A DNA stretch of 35,444 bases from an uncultured Planctomycetales bacterium (lineage in GTDB: Bacteria; Planctomycetota; UBA1135), in the NCBI GenBank assembly GCA_964545405.1, contig CAZJGH010000002.1, positions 1 to 35,444 on the forward strand, written 5' to 3'. The notes below the pieces were generated by a model, which did no database searches, had not been told where the DNA came from, and was given only the letters and a program-made list of their open reading frames with translations. Below, piece after piece: positions 29,621 through 35,444 of this stretch (its first letter is position 1; each line of letters starts with the position of its first letter). The position numbers were made by a program, and so were the translations under genes.

Positions 29621-29985
29621 TGAGTGTCGTCTGGGCGGCCGCGGGTGGTTTCGTGCCACACGAGGAAAGTCCGGGCTCCATAGGGCGCGATGGTGGCTAA
29701 CTGCCACCGAAGGAAACTTCAGGGAAAGTGCCACAGAAAGCAAACCGCCTAAGCGTTTCGGCGCCGGTAAGGGTGAAAGGGTGAGGTAAGAGCTCACCGC
29801 GCGCTTGGTGACAAGCGTGGCAGGGTAAACCCCATCTGGAGAAAGTTCATGTAGGGAGGATAGGTGCGGCCCGCATCGCTTGAACCTCCGGGTAGAACGT
29901 TCGAGGCCTGTGGCAACGCAGGCCCTAGAGAAATGGTCGCTGCCTTTTCGAAGGTACAAGATCCGGCTTATAGGACGACACTCAC
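29621..29985 (+). ncRNA. rnpB: RNase P RNA, bacterial type A
   Basis: P1 pairing GAGTGTCGTC (29622-29631) with GACGACACTC (29975-29984). Universal P4 strands GAGGAAAGTCCGGGCTCC (29662-29679) and ACAAGATCCGGCTTATAGG. Also ACAGAAAGCAAACCGCC, GGTAAGGGTGAAAGGGTGAGGTAAGAGCTCACC and GGGTAAACCCCA. TACAAT at 29610-29615 is a possible -10 element, and a T5 run follows the 3' end. Confidence 0.95.
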
Positions 29986-30150
29986 TTTTTCTCCGACAGA
30001 CGCGGCAACTATTGCATCAGCCTAAGCCACTCGCGTTGACCATCAACATGACACCACAATATCTTGTGCCCAAAATGCAGTCCTAGTTTTCAACAATTCC
30101 CCAACATCTGGTAGTTTTCACTTGCCAGAATCCCAAATATCGGCAGAATC

Positions 30151-30795
30151 GTGTCAGTCATGGAGTTCGTCTGGGTCGTACCACGTCAAATCCTCTTCCC
30201 CGAGGCCACCCCCCATGGGCTGATTGCCCTTGAGCCAAAGGAATTGGAGGATCGTTTCCTCGCGCCGGCCCGCGAGTCTGGCTTCTTCATTGAACGCCGT
30301 TATGCCGAGTCCCACCCTGAGTACAAGCAGCCGATTCCTTATGTGGCTGTCTGTCGAGGCGACTCGGTGCTGTGCCTGACGCGCCTTTCCACCCAAGGGG
30401 AGCAGAGATTGCACGGCAAGCGTTCGATTGGGGTCGGTGGTCACATCAATCCGTGTGACCTTGATGATGGCGACCTGTTCGCCAGCGCCTGCTCACGCGA
30501 GCTGCATGAGGAATTAGTCCTGCCAGAGGTTCAGCTCCCGCTGACACCGATCGGCCTGCTTAACGACGACACCACTGCCGTGGGTGCGGTGCATGTCGGC
30601 CTGGTCTACCGCCTCGATGCCTCCGACATCGAAGTGGACATTCGCGAAACATCAGCGATGGCCGGCGACTTCGAGTCGCTTGCTTCCCTCCGCGATCTCG
30701 CTGCTACGCCCGAGTCTCCCTTCGAGACTTGGTCCACCCTGCTGCTCCGCTCAGGCGCCCTTGACTTCTCCGAAGAAGTCGTGGTCAACGCCTGA
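30151..30795 (+). CDS. Nudix-like hydrolase-fold protein (degenerate Nudix box)
   Basis: GVGGHINPCDLDDGDLFASACSRELHEELVL approximates GX5EX7REUXEEXGU. 214 codons, starting at GTG 30151 or ATG 30160. Ends TGA. Confidence 0.5.
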   Translation: MSVMEFVWVVPRQILFPEATPHGLIALEPKELEDRFLAPARESGFFIERRYAESHPEYKQPIPYVAVCRGDSVLCLTRLSTQGEQRLHGKRSIGVGGHINPCDLDDGDLFASACSRELHEELVLPEVQLPLTPIGLLNDDTTAVGAVHVGLVYRLDASDIEVDIRETSAMAGDFESLASLRDLAATPESPFETWSTLLLRSGALDFSEEVVVNA

Positions 30796-30835
30796 GGCAA
30801 AAACTAGCTAAACGTTTCCCCAAAAAAAATAAAAC

Positions 30836-31063
30836 ATGGTTCGTCCAGTACCAGAGTCCGAACTTCCTGAGCCTTCAGAGCTCTCCTCCCGCCTAAAGGA
30901 AGGCATGAGTAAATACTCCGTGCGTCTACGCTTTCGCGATGGACGCGAAGAGCAAGGGGCAATCACATTCGTTGAGCGCCTTGGTCGTGGACGAATCATT
31001 GACATCGAACGTGAATTCGCGATGGACTTCTCCATCGCCGATCTAGATTCGATTGAGTACTAG
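30836..31063 (+). CDS. small hypothetical protein (75 aa)
   Basis: ATG-initiated ORF with coding-like composition. No family recognised. Ends at TAG 31061-31063. Confidence 0.35.
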   Translation: MVRPVPESELPEPSELSSRLKEGMSKYSVRLRFRDGREEQGAITFVERLGRGRIIDIEREFAMDFSIADLDSIEY

Positions 31064-31083
31064 ATATCACGGGTAGGCGACTC

Positions 31084-32721
31084 CTACTCGACAGGCACGG
31101 CAACCACGTTGGACACGAAGTCTATGGGGTTGCCGAGCACGAACGCGAAGTGAAACGTGCGGCCTACCATACTGCTCGCCAAGGGGCCGAGAGTATCTCC
31201 GGTCACCGTCGCGTTGCCAGCTGAATCCAGTTGGCCTGAAAAGCCGACCAAGCCAGGCATCCCGGCGTTCACGCGCGTGTGCCTTGACACAGAATCCCAG
31301 TTGAGCGGCAGTAACATCCCCCCTGGCAGTACAGTTCCAGGACTAGTCCCAGAGATGGTGCCGTACAGGGCATAGTCGCGACCGGCATTGGACTGACCGC
31401 AGACCAAGTTGAAGGTCAAGCTGCCGCCGACCGCAGCGGTAATCGAAGCATCACCGGGCCATAGAGACCTTTCATAGCGTCGAACTTTGAATACTGCGTT
31501 CTGAGAGGGGTTCGGCAGCTGGTTAGTCCAGGTCCAGACCGTATTACCCTGGTCATCAACCTCGAAAATACGTCCACTGGTCCCCTCGCAGATGAGGGTG
31601 TTGCCATTGGCCATGCGTTCCGTACCGGAAATATGGTCGCCGTAGAAACTCGTCAGCGGTGACCCGAAGTAAGTCCAGGTCAGATTAGTCGGACCGAAAG
31701 CGGCACCGGGGGTGAGTGAATAGTTGCCGAGTGCATCTACTGGTGGAGTGAACTCATCTATCGAAGACCAGTTTCCGGTCGGGCGACCTGGACCGTTATT
31801 GAACACCAACAAGTTGCCGCCGCCTGGAAGATCCGCATCGATCCACTGGATGTCATGCTGACTGAACAGCATCTGGTCAGCAGCGGAACCGCGGTCATAA
31901 GCAGCAGGGTTACCCCAGCGATAGAGCAGGTCGCCACCTTTGCCGGAATTACCGCCGCTATGAGATGCAGCTTCGGCAGTGGTGGTGGAGTGGTCGATTA
32001 TCCAGATCTCTGAAAGAGCACGGGAACTCAAGACGATCTGATCGAACTGTTCGTTGTAATCGATGGTGTTGAGATGAATCCAATCGCCATTGCGCGGGAT
32101 CGAATAAGGAAAGTTCAGGTCCACCAGCTGAGGATTATCAGCCACCACTCCGTGGTTTGGTTTCCCTGCATCGAAGTCCTGCACGATGTGATCCCACAGG
32201 TGCCACTCCCAAACGATGGTACCGGTCGATGGCTCGACTTCCATGACCATCTCAGACCAGAACACGCTGCCCGACGTGACTATCGGATCGCGCCCGGCTG
32301 CAAGCGCACCCGAATAGGACATGTCTTCCCAGGCGATCATCAGGATGTTGCCGTTCGGTAACTCCTCGACATCGTGGTGAAGCAAGTGATCATCTGAGGC
32401 ATAAGTGAAATCCCATATCTCAGTACCATCCCACGCCAACTCATGGACTCCGCCGCCGCCGCCACCGAGATTGCTCGCGGCAAAATTCCCATGACGATAA
32501 GTGCGCAAGAGATTGCCGTTCTCCATCAAGTAGACCGCTTGGCCAGGGCGAGCAGTATCAGCCCAAGTGTGGGCGATATTCTGACTGCCATCCAGGAGAT
32601 AAGTGCTGGTTGAGTTGGATGGGGCGAATAACGTCAACCCCTCTTGCGGGCTTGCCTGGGGGCTCGCGGCGACGAGCGGGGCGAGGAGAAAGAGTAAAAA
32701 CATGGTTGGTGAGACCAACAC
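31084..32721 (-). CDS. secreted arylsulfotransferase (ASST)-like beta-propeller protein
   Basis: Signal peptide MFLLFLLAPLVAASPQA. LMENGNLL, HHDVEELPNGNILMIAWE, WIHLNTIDYN and NTLICEG motifs are typical of the ASST family. Ends at TAG 31084-31086. Confidence 0.65.
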   Translation of the reverse strand: MLVSPTMFLLFLLAPLVAASPQASPQEGLTLFAPSNSTSTYLLDGSQNIAHTWADTARPGQAVYLMENGNLLRTYRHGNFAASNLGGGGGGVHELAWDGTEIWDFTYASDDHLLHHDVEELPNGNILMIAWEDMSYSGALAAGRDPIVTSGSVFWSEMVMEVEPSTGTIVWEWHLWDHIVQDFDAGKPNHGVVADNPQLVDLNFPYSIPRNGDWIHLNTIDYNEQFDQIVLSSRALSEIWIIDHSTTTAEAASHSGGNSGKGGDLLYRWGNPAAYDRGSAADQMLFSQHDIQWIDADLPGGGNLLVFNNGPGRPTGNWSSIDEFTPPVDALGNYSLTPGAAFGPTNLTWTYFGSPLTSFYGDHISGTERMANGNTLICEGTSGRIFEVDDQGNTVWTWTNQLPNPSQNAVFKVRRYERSLWPGDASITAAVGGSLTFNLVCGQSNAGRDYALYGTISGTSPGTVLPGGMLLPLNWDSVSRHTRVNAGMPGLVGFSGQLDSAGNATVTGDTLGPLASSMVGRTFHFAFVLGNPIDFVSNVVAVPVE

Positions 32722-32757
32722 TAAGTTAACCGATTGGTTCTGGAGCGCCAGTCGGCC

Positions 32758-33552
32758 CTAATCGATCAAGGCAGTGTTGCCACTGAAAACCCTAGCGCTG
32801 GAGTCCCTTATCCAGCCTATCAGGCAAATCCCAGCAGCATCGGCGGTTTCTACCGCAAGCGAAGTTGGCATGCCTATGCCGGCCACCAAGGGAATGCCCG
32901 CCAACCAGGCCTTCTGCACCAGTTCAAAGCTGATTCTCCCGCTCAACAACAACCCAAGGGGATTGTTCAGGGGGTATTTGTCGGCCAACAGACGGGCACC
33001 CAGCAGCTTATCGACGGAGTTGTGCCGTCCGACGTCTTCTGCGACATCAAGCAGATCGCTGCCAGCGGTGTAATCCCAAATAGCCGCCCCATGACATCCA
33101 GCAGTCTTGGCGAAGAGTGGTTGCCGCTGTCCAAGTTGATCGACCGCCGCGAGCAATGACTCAAGGCTAAGGCTGTCGGGTGCTGGTGCAGCGAGCGGAG
33201 GGCAATCCTTGTGAAGCTCTGAAATCGACTGGGTACCGCAAATGCCGCAAGCGGATGTGCCTGGACTAAGGCGTGGCGACAGACTGATGCCCTCTGCCAA
33301 AGCCGCGTTGACGATATTGTCAGCGGGATTGCCAGTCTGCGGATCAGCACATACATCCAATGCCAGTAGGTCGTCGCGATTATGGACCAAACCTTCGGCG
33401 CACAGGAAACCGGCTACCAGATCTCGATCACGCCCTGGTGTCCGCATCAGGACGGCGTAGGAGGTACCTCGAACCCTGATTTCCAAGGGCTCTTCGACGG
33501 CAAAGGCTAGCTGGGGCAAGTAGGAGTCAGACATTCCCTTCGCCAAGACCAT
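32758..33552 (-). CDS. fdhD: formate dehydrogenase accessory sulfurtransferase FdhD
   Basis: Active-site loop GTSACGICG and the VGRHNSVDKLLG motif. 264 codons. Ends at TAG 32758-32760. Confidence 0.85.
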   Translation of the reverse strand: MVLAKGMSDSYLPQLAFAVEEPLEIRVRGTSYAVLMRTPGRDRDLVAGFLCAEGLVHNRDDLLALDVCADPQTGNPADNIVNAALAEGISLSPRLSPGTSACGICGTQSISELHKDCPPLAAPAPDSLSLESLLAAVDQLGQRQPLFAKTAGCHGAAIWDYTAGSDLLDVAEDVGRHNSVDKLLGARLLADKYPLNNPLGLLLSGRISFELVQKAWLAGIPLVAGIGMPTSLAVETADAAGICLIGWIRDSSARVFSGNTALID

Positions 33553-33617
33553 GCCACAAAAGGGAGAGCGGTCCGGTGGACCTAACCACCGGACCGCTAT
33601 TTGAACCCATGCGCCTA

Positions 33618-33962
33618 CTAGCGCAGAAAGGTGGCGTAGTCGGCTTCATCGAAACCAAGAATCGCCTTTTCACCGCGTGCCAGCAATGGGCGGCGGATCA
33701 TGTCAGGATTGGCTCGCAGAAGATCGACGACCTCTTTCTTGGTCTTGAAGGTGGCACTCTCGATCGAGTGCTCCTTGTAACCTTTCGCACGCTTGTTGAA
33801 AGCGCCTTTGGGGTCTTGTGCGTCGACTGCTTTTTCTAGGAGCTTCTTGGCGGGAGGACTTTTCATAATGTCCAGGACCTCGAAAGAAACATCCTTCTTT
33901 TCCAGGTACTTGACTGCCTTTAGGCAAGACTTGCACTTGGGCTTGATGTAGAGCTTAACCAC
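33618..33962 (-). CDS. ArsC/Spx/MgsR-family protein (CxxC)
   Basis: GTG start. VKLYIKPKCKSCLKAVKYLEKKDVSFEVLDI...LLRANPDMIRRPLLARGEKAILGF matches the ArsC-family layout with an N-terminal CKSC. Ends in tandem TAG TAG (33615-33620). Confidence 0.7.
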   Translation of the reverse strand: MVKLYIKPKCKSCLKAVKYLEKKDVSFEVLDIMKSPPAKKLLEKAVDAQDPKGAFNKRAKGYKEHSIESATFKTKKEVVDLLRANPDMIRRPLLARGEKAILGFDEADYATFLR

Positions 33963-34092
33963 GCTGTTTCCAGTATTGAGTTTCAGGCGGGTGCCATCTT
34001 GCCTTCAAAAAAGGCAGCGGCTCGCCGCGGTAGCCAGACAGTTTACCCAGAATTGGCAAATTCGACAAGACTATATTTTTGCCTCAGGATAG

Positions 34093-34116
34093 AAAAAAAA
34101 ACGCCTGCAAATAGGC
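34093..34116 (-). terminator. weak candidate intrinsic terminator after the pseudo-receiver gene
   Basis: The minus strand reads GCCT-atttgc-AGGC followed by T9 (A-run 34093-34101 on the plus strand). The stem is only 4 bp. Confidence 0.3.
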
Positions 34117-34127
34117 CTGAAAGACCC

Positions 34128-34538
34128 TTATTTGTTGTCTTCAAGGGCTGAGAAACCCTGCAACAACCTAACCAGATTCGAGGCGAATCTTGAGCGCGGA
34201 ACCACGTCAACGCCAAGTGCCGCAGCTCCAGAGATCAGCTCTTCCTTCTCGTGCGAGCAGAAGGCCATCAAAGTCCAACTGTTGGTTCGCTCATCAGCAA
34301 GCAGTGCTGGTAGAACCGCCAAGGCATCGAAATCTTCCTCCTCGAGCTCGATGACCAGACCGAGGGTAGTTGCCTGCAGGATCCGTTCTTGGAAGTCAGC
34401 AATGTCATCGCCTACATCAAGCACCACGGCATCATGGCCGACCGCGTTCAGGGTCGTGCAAATGCGGTTCCGGAAGAAATCTTCCGAAACAAGGACCACA
34501 ACAGGTGGGCCTAGGCTCTCAAGGGGTTCATCTGTCAT
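34128..34538 (-). CDS. stand-alone receiver-like (pseudo-receiver) domain protein
   Basis: CheY-like pattern VVVLVSEDFF...GLVIELEEED...LMAFCSH...VVPRS, with Glu where the phospho-accepting Asp is expected and no conserved K-P. Lies downstream of the hybrid kinase. Ends TAA. Confidence 0.4.
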   Translation of the reverse strand: MTDEPLESLGPPVVVLVSEDFFRNRICTTLNAVGHDAVVLDVGDDIADFQERILQATTLGLVIELEEEDFDALAVLPALLADERTNSWTLMAFCSHEKEELISGAAALGVDVVPRSRFASNLVRLLQGFSALEDNK

Positions 34539-34616
34539 CTCTGATGAAGGAGGTTACTCCGGTACAATCGGCCCAAAGTTCCCTCGCGTAAACCTCGATT
34601 GGAGAAAACCTTGCAA

Positions 34617-35444
34617 CTAAGCAAGAACCGAAGCCAGGACCTTCTGCAGTTGGCTGAGAGTGTATGGCTTGGCTACGAACGCGGCAAAATCGACGTCTCC
34701 GAGTCGGCTTGTAACGTCTTGAGCTGAGTAGCCGCTCGTCATCACTACCGGTACAGAGAGGCTGATGCCCTGCAGGTGCCGCAGGGTCTCCTCTCCATCC
34801 ATATTCGGCATAGTCAGGTCGAGAAGGACCAGACTGAGCTCGTGGTGATTATTCCTGTACAACTCGATCGCCTCCCCTCCATCTGAGGCAGGGATGATGT
34901 CGAAGCCGAGCCGGTTGAGCATCTCAGCAGCCAGTGCCAGGACCGTTGGATCGTCGTCGACCAGCAGCACCTTGCCACCGCTGTCCAGGACATTAGGCGC
35001 AGGTGTTTTCGACGGCTCCTCCGCAGGCACTGTTTCAGCTCTGGGGGCGGTCGGGGCGGTCGGGAAAAGCACCTGAAACATGGATCCCCTTCCAGGAGTA
35101 GTATCGATTGATATCCCACCCTTACAGGACCGAATAATCCCCAATAGCGAGGCTAGTCCTAACCCCCTGCCGGTGAACTTGGTGGAGAAGAATGGATCGT
35201 AGATTCGTTCGAGGACATCCTCGGTCATGCCACAACCGTCATCCTTGACCCTGAGGAAGATGTAATCGCCGGCCACTGGAACGTCGAGTCCATAACGACT
35301 CATGCCAGGTTCAGAATGCTGGACCCCAGTCGTGACCAGGACCTGTCCACCGCCTTGCTCCTCAACCGCCTCCGAGGCATTGACGATCAGGTTCATGATG
35401 ACCTGCCTGACCTGAGTCGGGTCACCCTCGCATGGCGGGAGGTC
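34617..35444 (-). CDS. hybrid sensor histidine kinase, C-terminal part (HATPase_c + receiver); N-terminus lies outside the window
   Basis: N box NLIVNASEA, G1 DDGCGM, FDPFFSTK, and G2 GRGLGLA. Then the receiver domain VLLVDDD...LVLLDLTMPNMDG...VVMTSGY...AKPY. The frame stays open to the window edge. Ends at TAG 34617-34619. Confidence 0.85.
   Translation of the reverse strand, partial: DLPPCEGDPTQVRQVIMNLIVNASEAVEEQGGGQVLVTTGVQHSEPGMSRYGLDVPVAGDYIFLRVKDDGCGMTEDVLERIYDPFFSTKFTGRGLGLASLLGIIRSCKGGISIDTTPGRGSMFQVLFPTAPTAPRAETVPAEEPSKTPAPNVLDSGGKVLLVDDDPTVLALAAEMLNRLGFDIIPASDGGEAIELYRNNHHELSLVLLDLTMPNMDGEETLRHLQGISLSVPVVMTSGYSAQDVTSRLGDVDFAAFVAKPYTLSQLQKVLASVLA

Noticed and set aside
29609-29959. 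116-aa minus-strand ORF
   Set aside because: It lies entirely within the RNase P RNA gene, whose conserved P1/P4 and loop motifs explain the sequence.
33582-33620. Genome-wide reassignment of TAG to a sense codon as the explanation for the three internal TAGs
   Set aside because: TAG closes 11 of 33 genes at natural C-termini. The ArsC-like gene ends TAG TAG, with further in-frame TAGs at 33597-33599 and 33582-33584. Reading through would also fuse cytoplasmic FdhD to a signal peptide. A full reassignment is therefore not supported. Only leaky or context-specific decoding, decay or error remain.

Overview
Gene-dense, visibly GC-rich (not computed) chromosomal segment from a diderm bacterium: LptE-, BamD- and AsmA-like genes are present. 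Taxon not determined. I count 33 protein-coding genes and one RNase P RNA. I saw no rRNA, tRNA, CRISPR array, transposase or integrase, and no obvious defence island.

Layout:
- An ~11 kb co-directional block with overlapping start/stop codons: corC-like, recO, bamD-like, lptE-like, ftsH, folP, cdaA, cdaR, glmM, tsaB.
- Then a small histone-fold gene, a 371-aa unknown, alr, an AsmA-like giant, and manC-ruvX-rnpB.
- Flanking both sides are secreted or accessory enzymes: amidohydrolase, DUF4185-like protein, beta-helix/PA14 protein, arylsulfotransferase-like protein and an esterase. hutI, fdhD, an ArsC/Spx-like gene and a partial hybrid histidine kinase followed by a pseudo-receiver also lie here.

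Points worth a second look:
1. A TlpA/ResA-like thioredoxin-fold gene has TGA exactly at the first Cys of its CxxC motif (W-U-G-P-C), with a hairpin 4 nt downstream. This is a selenoprotein candidate.
2. Three otherwise intact genes (alr, the same TlpA-like gene, a secreted esterase) each carry a single in-frame TAG and no frameshift. TAG also ends 11 of the 33 genes, once as a tandem TAG-TAG. I cannot tell from sequence alone whether this is amber readthrough or suppression, nonsense pseudogenes, or consensus error.
3. A bacterial alpha3-truncated histone-fold protein carries a ~45-aa Lys/Ala-rich H1-like N-terminal tail.

All family assignments come from motif recognition by eye; no searches were run.
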